DNA of 64,000 nt from the human T2T-CHM13v2.0 reference genome, Homo sapiens: the NCBI RefSeq assembly GCF_009914755.1, contig NC_060926.1; one strand, 5' to 3'. The notes beneath the pieces are model-generated. The model did not search any database, was not told the origin of the DNA, and was given only the letters and a program-made list of their open reading frames with translations. The first letter of the stretch is position 1, and every line of letters starts with the position of its first letter. The translations under genes were made by a program, and so were the position numbers. This document shows, one piece after another, positions 1-11,937 of the stretch.

Positions 1-1219
1 GAAGCTTCAGAAAATTTTCAAGAAGATTTAGCTGAGATAATTGATGAAGGTGGCTACACTAAACAATAGATTTTCAGTGTAGGCAAAACAGCCTTCTGTT
101 GGAAGAAGAGGACCTTTAGGACTTCCACAGCTAGAGAAGAGAAGTCAATGGCTGGCTTCAAAGCTTCAAAGGACAGGCTGACTCTTTTGTTAGGGACTAA
201 TACAGCTGGAGCGAATGCTCATTTACCATTTTAAAAATCTTAGGGCCCTTAAGAATTATGCTAAATCTACTCTGCCTGTACTGTATGAATGGAGCAACAA
301 GGCCTGGATGACAGCTCATCTGTTTACAGCATGGTTTACTAAATATTTTAAGCCTGCTATAGAGACCTACTGCTCAGAAAAAAAAAAAAAAAAAAAAAAA
401 AGAAAGCATTACTGCTCATTGACAATATACCTAGTCACCCAAGAGCTCTGATGAAGAAATACAGGAAATTAAAGTTGATTTTTATGCCTAACACAGCATC
501 CATTTTGCAGCCCATGAATCAAAGATGAATTTGAATTCCAAGTCTTATTATTTAAGAAATATTAATACATTTCATAAGGCTATACCTGCCATTGATATTG
601 ATTCTTCTCATGGATCTGGACAGAGTAAGTTGGAAACCTTCTGGAAAAAATTCACAGTTCTAGTTGCCATTAAGAATATTTGTGATTCATGAGATGAAGT
701 CAAAGTATCAACATTAATGAAAGTTTTTGGAAGAAGTTAATTCCAATCCTCACATATGACTTTGAGGGATTCAAAACTCCAGTGGAGTTTTGAAAACTTG
801 AAAAGGTGAGGAGTTGCTTCTTATGGATGAGAATATAAAGTAGTTTCTTGAGATGGAAACTACTCCTGGTGATGATGTTGTGAACATTGTTGAAGCGAAA
901 AGAGGATTTAGAATATTATGTAAACTTAGTTGGTAAAGCAGTGGCAGGATTTGGGAGGACTGACTGTAATTTTGAAAGAAGTTCTACTGTGGGTAAAATG
1001 CTATCAAACAGCGTCATGTGCTACAGAGAAATCTTACATAAGAGGAAGAGTCAATCAATGTGGCAAACTTCATTGTTGTCTTATTTTAAGAAATTGCCAC
1101 AGCCACTCCAAACTTCAGCAAGCACCACTCTGCCCAGTAGCCATCAGCATCCAAGAAAGACCCTCCACTAATAAGCTTATGACTTGCTAATAGCATTTTT
1201 TTCAGCAACAAAGTATTTT
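1..1219 (+). mobile_element. Tigger1 (TcMar-Tigger) DNA transposon, left part with decayed transposase; continues off the window start
   Basis: Transposase-like peptides [40 protein letters not shown] (215-451) and [36 protein letters not shown] (887-1171), with stops and frameshifts. Confidence 0.93.
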
Positions 1220-1439
1220 CTTTCTTCATTTTTTTATTATGCTTTATGTTCTGGAATACATGTGTAGAATGTGCAGGTTTGTTACATAGGTATACACATG
1301 CCATGGTGGTTTGCTGCACCCATCAACCCATCATCTACATTAGGTATGTCTCCTAATGCAATCCCTCCCCTAGCCTCCCACCTTCTGACAGGCCCCAGTG
1401 TGTGATGTTCCCCTCCCTGTGTCCATGTGTTCTCATTGT

Positions 1440-4400
1440 TCAACTCCCACTTATGAGTGAGAACATGCGGTGTTTGGTTTTCTGTCCCTGTGTTAGTTTG
1501 CTGAGAATGATGGTTTCCAGCTTCATCCATGTCCCTGCAAAGGATGTTAACTAATCCTTTTGTATGGCTGCATAGTATTCCATGGTGTATACGTGCCACA
1601 TTCTCTTTATCCAGTCTGTCATTGATGGGCATTTGGGTTGGTTCCAAGTCTTTGCTATTGTGAATAGTGCTGCAATAAACATATGGTTGCATGTGTCTTT
1701 ATAGTAGAATAATTTATAATCCTTTGGGTACATATCCAGTAATGGGAGTGCTGGGTCAAATGGTATTTTCAGTTCTAGATCCTTGAGGAATAGCCACACT
1801 ATCTTCCACAATGGCTGAACTAATTTACACTCCCACTAAGAGTATAAAAGCGTTCCTATTTCTCCACATCCTCTCCAGCATCTGTTGTTTCCTGACTTTT
1901 TAATGATCACCATTCTAACTGGCATGAGTTGGTATCTCATTGTGGTTTTGATTTGCATTTCTCTAATGACCAGTGATGATGAGCTTTTGTTCATATGTTT
2001 GTTGGCCACATAAATGTCTTCTTTTGAGAAGCATCTGTTCATATCTTTCACCCACTTTTTGATGGGGTTGTTTTTTTCTTGTAAATTTGTTTAAGTTCCT
2101 TGTAGATTCTGGATATTAGCCCTTTGTCAGATGGATAGATTACAAAAATTTTCTCCCATTCTGTAGGTTACCTGTTCACTCTGATGATAGTTTCTTTTGC
2201 TGTGCAGAAGCTCTTTAAGTAGATCCCATTTGTCTATTTTGGCTTTTATTGCCATTTCTTTTGGTGTTTTAGTCATGAAGTCTTTGCCCATGCCTATGTC
2301 CTGAATGGTATCACCTAGGTTTTCTTCTAGGGTGTTATAGTTTTAGGTCTTATGTTTAAGTCTTTAATCCATCTTGAGTTAATTTTTGTATAAGGTGTAA
2401 GGAAGGGGTCTGGTTTCAGTTTTCTGCATATGTCTAGCCAGTTTTCCAAACACCATTTATTAAATAGGGAATCCTTTCCCCATTGCTTGTTTTTGCCAGG
2501 TTTGTCAAAGATCAGATTGTTGTAGATGTGTGGGGATTTTGGGCTAAGATGATGGGGTTTTCTAAATATACAATCATGTCATCTGCAAACAGATACAATT
2601 TAGCTTCCTCTCTTCCTATTTGAATACGCTTTATTTCTTTCTCTTGCATGATTGCCCTGGCCAGAACTTCCAATACAATGTTGAAAAGGATTTGTGATAG
2701 AGGGCATCCTTTTCTTGTGCTGGTTTTCAAAGGGAATGCTTCCAGCTTTTTCCCATTCAATATGATATTGGCTGTGGGTTTGTCATAAATAGCTCTTATT
2801 ATTTTGAGATATGTTCCATCAATACCTGGTTTATTGAGAGTTTTTAGCACGAAGGAGTGTTGAATTTTATTGAAGGCCTTTTCTGCATCTATTGAGATAA
2901 TCATGTGGCTTTTGTCATTGGTTCTGTTTATTTGATGGATTACGTTTATTGATTTGCATATGTTGAACCAGCCTTGCATACCAGGGATGAAGCTGACTTG
3001 ATCATGGTGGAAAAGCTTTTTGATATGCTGCTGGATTCAGTTTGCCAGTAATTTATTGAGGATTTTCACATCGATGTTCATCAGGAATATTGGCCTGAAA
3101 TTTTTTTTTGTTGTGTCTCTGGCAGGTTTTGGTATCAGGTTGATGCTGGCCTCTTAAACGAGTTAGGGAGGAGTCCCTCTTTTTCTATTGGTTGGAATAG
3201 TTTCAGAAGGAATGGTATCAGCTCCTCTTTTTACCTCTGGTAGAATTTGTCTATGAATCTGTCTGGTCCTGGGCGTTTTTTGGTTGGTAGGCTATTAATT
3301 ACTGCCTCAATTTCAGAACTTGTTATTGGTCTGTTCAGGGATTTGACTTCTTCCTGGTTTAGTCTTGGGAGGGTGTATGTGTCCAGGAATTTATCTATTT
3401 CTTCTAGATTTTCTAGTTTATTTGCATAGAGGAGTTTATAGTATTCTCTGATGGTAGTTTGTATTTCTGTGGGATCAGTGGTGGTATCTGCTTTGTCATT
3501 TTTTATTGTGTCTACTTGATTCTTCTCTCCTTTCTTCTTTATTAGTCTGGCTAGCAGTCTGTCTATTTTGTCAATCTTCAAAAAACCAGCTCCTGGATTC
3601 ATTGATTTTTTGAAGGGTTTTTCATGTCTCTATCTCCTTCAGTTCTGCTCTGATCTTAGTTATTTCTTGTCTTCTGCTAGCTTTTGAGTGTGTTTGCTCT
3701 TGCTTCTCTAGTTCTTTTAATTGTGATGTTGGGGTGTCGATTTTAGATCTTTTCTGCTTTCTCCTGTGGGCATTTAGTGCTATAAATTTCCCTCTAAACA
3801 CTGCTTTAGCTGTGTCTCACAGATTCTGGTAGTTTTATCTTTGTTCTCATTGGTTTCAAAGAACTTACTTATTTCTGACTTAATTTCATTATTTATCCAG
3901 TAGTCATTCAGGAGCAGGTTATTCAGTTTCCATGTAGTTGTGCAGTTTTGATTGCGTTTCTTAATCCTGAGTTCTAATTCGATTGCACTGTGGTCTGAGA
4001 GAATGTTTGTTATGATTTCTGTTCTTTCCATTTGCTAAGAAGTGTTCCACTTCCAATTATGTGGTCAATTTTAGATAAGTGCAATGTGGTGCTGAGAAGA
4101 ATGTATATTCTGTTGATTTGAGGTGGAGAGTTCTGTACATGTCTATTAGGTCCGCTTGGTCAAAGGCCGAGTTCAAGTCCTGAATATCTTTGTTAATTTT
4201 GTGTCTCGTTGATCTGTCTAATATTGACAGTGTGGTGTTAACATCTCCCACTATTATTGTGTGGGAGTCTAAGTCTCTTTGTAGGTCTCTAAGAACTTGC
4301 TTTATGAATCTGGGTGCTCCTGTAGTTGGTGCATATATATTTAGGATAGTTAACTCTTCTTGTTGCATTGACTCCTTTACCATTATGTAATGCCCTTCTT

Positions 4401-4689
4401 TGTCTTCTTTGATCTTTGTTGGTTTAAAGTCTGTTTTTATCAGAGACTAGGATTGCAACCCCTGCTTTTTTTTTTTTTTTTTTTGCATTTCATTTGTCTG
4501 GTAAATATTCCTCCATCCCTTTATTTCGAGCCTATGTGTGTCTTTGCCTGTGAGATGGGTCTCCTGAATACAGCACACCAATGGGTCTTGACTCTTTATC
4601 CAATTTGCCAGTCTGTGTCTTCTAATTGGGGCATTTAGCCCGTTTACATTTAAGGTTAATATTGTTATGTGTGAATTTTATCCTGTCAT
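1440..4689 (-). pseudogene. L1 ORF2 (endonuclease/reverse transcriptase) remnant with frameshifts and an internal deletion
   Basis: Starts ATGACAGGA at 4689. Peptides include [42 protein letters not shown] and the C-terminal [13 protein letters not shown]. Confidence 0.93.
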
Positions 4690-4754
4690 GATGATGTTAG
4701 CTGGTTATTTTGCCCATTAGTTGATGCAGTTTCTTCATAGTGTCAATGGTCTTG

Positions 4755-5782
4755 AGAATTTGGTATGTTTTTGCAGTGGTTGGTTCTGGTTTTTCCTTTC
4801 CAGATTTATTACTTCCTTCAGGAGCTCTTGTAAGGCAGGCCTTGTGGTGACAAAAATCTCTCAGCATTTGCTTTTCTATAAAGGATTTTATTTCTCCTTC
4901 ACTTATGAAGCTTAGTTTGGCTGGATATGAAATTCTGGGTTGAAAATTCTTTTCTTTAAGAATGTTGAATATTGGTCCCCAGTCTCTTCTGTGAGAGAAG
5001 AAGAGAGGCTTGTAGGGTTTCCACTGTTAGTCTGATGGGTTTCCCTTTGTGGTTAACCTGACTTTTCTCTCTTTCTGCCCTTAACATTTTTTGCCTTCAT
5101 TTCAACCTTGGTGAATTTGATGATTATGTGTCTTGGGGTTTCTCTTCTCGAGGTGTATCTTTGTGGTGTTCTCTGTATTTCCTGAGTTTGAATATTGGCC
5201 TGATTTGCTAGGTTGGGGAAGTTCTCCTGGATAATATCCTGAAGAGTGTTTTCCAACTTGGTTCCATTCTCCCTGTCCCTTTCAGGTACACCAATCAAAT
5301 GTTGGTTTGGTCTGTTCACATAGTCCCATATTTCTTGGGGGCTTTGTTTGTTTCTTTTCATTCTTTTTTCTCTAATCTTGTCTTCACACTTATTTCATTA
5401 AGTTGATCTTCAATCTCTGATATCCTTTCTTTCGTTTGATTGATTCAGTTATTGGTACTTGGGTATGCTTCATGAAGTTCTCATGCTGTGTTTTTCAGCT
5501 CCATCAGGTCATTTATGTTCTTCTCTAAACTGGTTATTCTAGTTAGTAAGTCCTGTAACCTTTTATCAATGTTCTTAGCTTCCTCGCATTGGGTTAGAAC
5601 ATGCTCCTTTAGCTCAGAGGAGTTTGTTATTAACCACCTTCCAAAGCCTACTTCTGTCAATATGTCAAACTCATTCTCCGTCCAGTGCTGTTCTCTTGCT
5701 GGCGAGGAGTTGTGACCTTTGGAGGAGAAGACACGTTCTGGGTTTTGGAATATTTAGCCTTTTTGTGCTGGTTTTTTTTCAT
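4755..5782 (-). pseudogene. L1 ORF1 remnant
   Basis: QEIWDYVNRPN...LENTLQDIIQENFPNLA...QEIQRTPQRY...TPRHIII (5053-5361); end coordinate approximate. Confidence 0.9.
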
Positions 5783-7189
5783 CTGCCTGAATTATCTACC
5801 TTTGGTCTTTGATGTTGGTGACCTTTGGATGGGGTTGTTGCATGGACGTTCTTTTTGTTGATGTTGATGCTACTCCTTTCTGTTTGTTAGTTTTCCTTCT
5901 AACAGTCAGGCCCCTCTGCTGCAGGTCTCCTGGAGTTTGCTGGAGGTCCACTCCAGAGATTGTTTGCCAGGGCATCACCAGTGGAGGCTGCAGAATAGCA
6001 AAGATTGCTGCCTGTTCCTTCCTCTGGAAGTTTTGCCCGAGAGAGACACCTGCCAGATGCCAGCCAGAGCTCTCCTGATTGAGGTGTCTGTTGACCCCTG
6101 CTGGGAGATGTCTCCCAGTGAGGAGTCATGGGGGTCAGGGACCCACTTGAGGAGGCAATCTGTCTCTTAGCAGAGCTCAAGTGTTGTTCTGGGAGATTTC
6201 TTGGTCTTTTCAGAGTTGGCAGGAAGGATCATTTAAGTCTGCTGAAGCTTGCCCACAGCCACCCCTTCCCCCAGGTGCTCTGTCCCAGGGAGATGGGAGT
6301 TCTATCTTAGGCCCCTGACTGGGTCCGCTATCTTTCTTTCAGAGATGCCCTGCCCAGAGAGGAGGAATTTAGAGAGGCAGTCTGGCTGCAGTGGCTTTGA
6401 GGAGCTGTGGTGTGCTCCACCCAGTCCGAACTTCCCGTCGGCTTTGTTTACACTGTGAGGGGAAAACCACCTAGTCAAGCCTCAGTTATGATGGACACCC
6501 CTCCCCCCACCACCTTGAGCATCCCAGATCAACTTCAGACTGCTGTCCTGGCAGTGAGAATTTCAAGCCAGTGGATCTTAGCTTGCTGGACTCTGTGGGG
6601 GTGGGATCCACAGAGTAGACCATTTGGCTGCCTGGCTTCAGCCCCCTTTTCAGGAGAATGAATGGTTCTGTCTCACTGGCATTCCAGGCACCACTGGGGT
6701 ATGAAAAAAAAAAAAAAAAAAAAAACTCCTGCAGCTAGCTCTGTGTCTGCCCAAACAGCCACCCAGTTTTGTGCTTGAAACCATGGGCCCTGGTGGTATA
6801 GGCACCAGAGGGAATCTCCTGGTCTGAGGGTTGTGAATACCATGGGAAAAGCATAGTATCTGGGCTGGAATGAACCATTCCTCAAGGCAGAGTCCCTCAC
6901 GGCTTTCTTTGTCTAGAGGAGGGAGTTCCCGACCCCTTGTACTTGCCGGGTGAGGCGACACCCCACCCTGCTTCTGCTTGCCCTACTTGGACTGCACCCA
7001 CTGTCTAACCAGTCTCAATGAGATAAGCTGGTACCTCAGTTGGAAATGCAGAAACACCTGCCTTCTGCATTGATCTTGCTGGGAGCTGCAGACCAGAGCT
7101 GTTCCTATTCAGCCATCTTGCCAGCCACTTCAGCATTTTCAATTTTACTTTTAATTGGTTTATTTTTAGAAAATGGTATGAGTATTTTT

Positions 7190-8209
<1,020 letters not shown>

Positions 8210-8242
8210 TAAGAGAACTAGACTTTGCAACAAAATATTTTT

Positions 8243-8448
8243 GCAACAAAGTATTTTAAAATTAAAGTATGTACATTATTGTTTTAGACAAAATACTATT
8301 GCATACTTAATAGACCATAGTATAGTGTGAACATAAGTCTTACAGACACCAGAAAACCAAAAAGCAAACCAAAACAAACTACAAAACTGCATGACTCTCT
8401 TTATTGCATCGGTCTGGATTAAACCTGCAATATCTCTGAGGTATGCCT
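8243..8448 (+). mobile_element. Tigger1 right end with terminal inverted repeat
   Basis: Resumes the Tigger1 sequence broken at 1219 and ends ...cctgcaatatctctgaggtatgcctg followed by TA. Confidence 0.9.
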
Positions 8449-8459
8449 GTATATGTGAA

Positions 8460-8632
8460 TGTTCTGATTTAGCATGTATTAGAACCACCTGGAGAGCCTT
8501 TAAAACACAGATTGCTTGGCCCATCCAAAGATTTTCTGTTCAGAAGGTCAGGGGCAGAGCCTGAGAATTTGTATTTGTAACAGGTTCCCAGGTGATGCAT
8601 ATATTGCTGATTGGGAGAATCACACTTTGAGA
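8460..8632. mobile_element. MER5A-like hAT MITE
   Basis: agaaccacctggagagccttttaaaacacagattgc...gcctgagaatttgtatttgtaacaggttcccaggtgatgc. Confidence 0.8.
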
Positions 8633-8769
8633 TGGAGAGCCCTGAGGCAGGAGTTGGTTGGAGTGGGGAGAGGGAACCAAAATCTCTCTTTCGTTGTATG
8701 CAAATTTTGAAACATTTATTTGACATACAAGTGGAGTCATCAAGTAACAGTTGAGTCTAGAATTGTGAG

Positions 8770-9200
8770 GAATGGTCAGGTTTAGGAGAGAGATTTGGGA
8801 TTTGTTAGCATCTGGATGGTGCTCTTTTTCCAACAGTGGATGAGCTCACTAGTGAGAGGGCTTAGATAGAGAAGAAGGCTAGGAATGAGCTGGGCACTAC
8901 CAGGTTTGGAAGCCTGTTAAAAGGAAGAGTCAGCAAATGAGAGTGAACATAGGACATGACAGCCTTGTGTTAGAGAAGCAAAGAGGGGTGTTTTGAAAAA
9001 AAAAAAAGCAATCAGTTGTGCTGAATGGTTCTGAGAAGTTGAGAAAAATAGGAATAGAGAAGAGAATATTGAATTTGGCAACATGAAAGTCAGCAGTGAC
9101 TGGTCAGAGCAGTATCAAAATGTTGGGAATGGATGCCTTTAAGAGTAGAGAGAAGATTTTGAGGTGAGTACAGACAATGCTTACAGACGAATTTTTCAGC
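8770..9200 (-). mobile_element. L2 fragment
   Basis: Purine-rich L2-type sequence (gtggatgagctcac...ttgaatttggcaacatgaaagtcagcagtgac). Confidence 0.6.
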
Positions 9201-9459
9201 TTCTGGGAGGTAATATAGTTTGGCTTATTTGATTTATGCTCAGAAACCAATGATCTCTCTTGATTTCTCCTTCTGCCATAGCCAAATTCCTAACTCTGTC
9301 CTTCCAGATACTTGGAGTACAACGTACAAAAGCTCCTAGCCATTGTCTTTGAGAAGGTCATAATCTAATGACAGAGAGATGCACATAAATAATTACAATG
9401 TTCTGATAACTCTATATTAGAATTACAGGGGATTATAGATTGAGAAGAGAGTTAACATT

Positions 9460-9630
9460 TTTGCTTATGTTATGCTAGGCACATTGCATATGCTACCTGA
9501 GTTAATCGTCATTGCATTCCTGAGGTTATCCCAATTTTTCTGATGGGGAAATGGAAGCTCAGGACTCATTGTTGTCAGAACTAGTAAATAATGAAGCTAG
9601 AATTTGATCCCATGTTTGCTGACCCCTGTG
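9460..9630 (-). mobile_element. MIR
   Basis: MIR core-like atcccaatttttctgatggggaaatggaagctcag. Confidence 0.6.
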
Positions 9631-10054
9631 CCATAACCTTCACTATACTGTAACATTGCTTTTCATGGTTGAAGAGGGGATAAAAATTATGCTTACTAGA
9701 CTGTGATTGATACTTCACGAATTGCAATATAATTCCTTACTGTATTAATACAGTAGAGTTGTATCTTATTCAGTGTTTAGATTCTAAAGCCAGTTTACAG
9801 GTGTAACATTTCAATTGGTGAAAATTATCCTAAAAATTCTGTCATATCACTCATACATCCCTGAGAAATTTTCACACAATTGAGCCACGTAGGAGCTGAG
9901 GCCCAAAGAAGAAATGTCAGACTTGTGTCTCCCCTCTCTTTCAGGGAAATACAATCATTAAGGGGACTCATCTGCAATACTATCATTACTATTATTATTT
10001 GCTGTGTACATATGGTTTAGTTAACATGTTAAATCAACAGAGCATGAGAATCTA

Positions 10055-10260
10055 ATAATAGCTAACATCAACTGAAAACTTACTGTGTATAGTCAGTGTA
10101 CCAGGGACATTACATTCATGGCTTTATTCAAATTTTAATCCCTACACTAATCCTGTGAGGGAGGTATTTTTATCCCCATTTTGCTGATGGGAAGCCTGAC
10201 TCGTCTAAGCTCACAGACCTGGTAAGCTGGAGAATTGCTTTCCCAGTTCCAAATGACTCC
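10055..10260 (-). mobile_element. MIR
   Basis: aataatagctaacat...atccccattttgctgatgggaagcctga. Confidence 0.7.
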
Positions 10261-11225
10261 ACCGTGGGCACTGCCTTTCACTAAGCACATGGTCTTCCTG
10301 GCTTGCAATCTCAGGACCAGCCAAGCAGATCCTTCCTGTTAGTTAACTCTCAGGGTTCCTTAACCCTGTGGACTGCCCATTCTTCATCATCACAGCTTTC
10401 TCCTTAATCTCTGTCTCATACTTTCCCTCCTTCCTTTACTAAGGCTCCCTGAGGCTTACTTTCCTTCCTAAGACCCTGCTGGATCTCATCAGTATCTGTG
10501 GATCAGCTAGGGAATTTGCATAACTGTAAATAGGAAACTAATTCCTACCTCAGAAGCCATTTAGGACCATGTGACCTGTTTTAATGTAAACACAATAAAT
10601 ACATCTCTGTCAAAGTAAAAATTAGCTCTTTACCATTCAAAGTTGTCAGAGCAACTATTTAAAGAGTTTTAATATTTGCAAGTACTACCTAAAAGGCTCA
10701 ATAAACATACTGCTTAGCTCAGGTCAGATATAATTTGACATTTTTATTAACATATACCCTTTAAAGGTTATTTACCACTTTTTTTGGGTTGTTTTCAATC
10801 CTCCTAAATGACTCTGGATAGTGCCCTATTTCTGTAGATGGCTAATGGGCATTTGCTCCTGTGCCTGCTTGGATAATGCAAATCTGAATTTTAGGGTTTT
10901 ATCGATGGGATTTTCCCCACTCTTTGACTCTGGCCTGCTTTTGAATGTTAATTCTCTCTTTCTGGAAAATGTCTTGAGCCTTATGAGCAACCATTGTCTT
11001 CCAAGTCTCTCTCTTGGTGGAAAAGAACAGCCTGTGATATTACTTAATTCACTTCTTTCAAGATTACAGTATAAGACTCAAGGGAGTCAATGATGAAGAG
11101 CAAAATCAGAGCTTGGCCGGCAGTCTGGAGTGACTTCTGCATCTTCACTGGCTCCCTGGAAGAAGGCAGTAATGACAATTATATATGGGTGTCCATCTAA
11201 TGAGATTTGGATTGGAAATTAATTC

Positions 11226-11523
11226 TTTTTTTTTCTTTTTTTGAGACAGGGTTTTGCTTTGTCACCCCAGCTGGAGTGCAGTGGCACGATCATAGCTCAC
11301 TGCAGCCTTGAACTCCTGGGTTCAAGTGATCCTCCTGCCTCAGCCTCCTGAGTAGCTAGGACTACAGGCATGAGCCACCATGCCCAGCTAATTTTTTCAT
11401 TTTTTGTAGAGAGACAGGGTTTCATTATGTTGCCTAGGTCTCGAACTCCTAGCCTCAAGTGATCTCCCTGCCTTGGCCTCTTAAAGCGCTGGGATTACAG
11501 GCGTAAACTATCATTCCCTACCC
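11226..11523 (-). mobile_element. AluJ
   Basis: Antisense Alu with J-type diagnostics (gatcatagctcactgcagcc, ggactacagg); degenerate TSD TGGAAAT..ATTCT. Confidence 0.93.
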
Positions 11524-11544
11524 TGGAAATCGATTCTGAGACAC

Positions 11545-11937
11545 TGTGTTAAATCAGATAGGCTAACTAATGTTGTACTAACAAAAAACATGAACATCTC
11601 CATGGTTAACCGAAACAGTATATTTTTAGTCATGCAAAGCTTCTGCTGGCCCAGGAATCTCTCCAGGGGTTCTCTGTGTGGGGATCCAGCATTCCAGTTG
11701 CTTCCGTCTCATGGCACTTTTCTCTCAGCATGGGGCTTCAGGGTTTGTCTGAGCAGAGCAGGAGCGCATTGAGGATTACATATTGGCTCTTAAGTACTTC
11801 CTCACGAAAGTGCCCCAATCCACTGGTCAGACTTAGTCATAGTCTCACCCAACTATGAAGGGGTCTAGGAAATATAGTTTTCTGTGTGTGTAGGAGGGGT
11901 TGGAAAACCAAGGTGGGCATTAGTAATGTCTATTACA
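11545..11937 (-). mobile_element. MaLR LTR (MLT1J/K-like)
   Basis: gataggctaa...aacaaa start; cactggtcagacttagtcatagtctcacccaact...ctaggaaatatagttt end. Confidence 0.65.

Larger units (their letters stand above)
1220..7128 (-). mobile_element. Near full-length LINE-1, L1PA7/L1PA8-like, inactive
   Basis: 5' UTR start GGCTGGCAAGATGGCTGAATAGGAACAGCTC at ~7127 (minus), ORF1 and ORF2 remnants, 3' UTR and A-rich tail at ~1220-1240. Confidence 0.95.

Noticed and set aside
215-1190. Tigger transposase ORFs as a domesticated TIGD-type gene
   Set aside because: Stops, frameshifts, a deletion and a poly(A) expansion; an ordinary decayed copy
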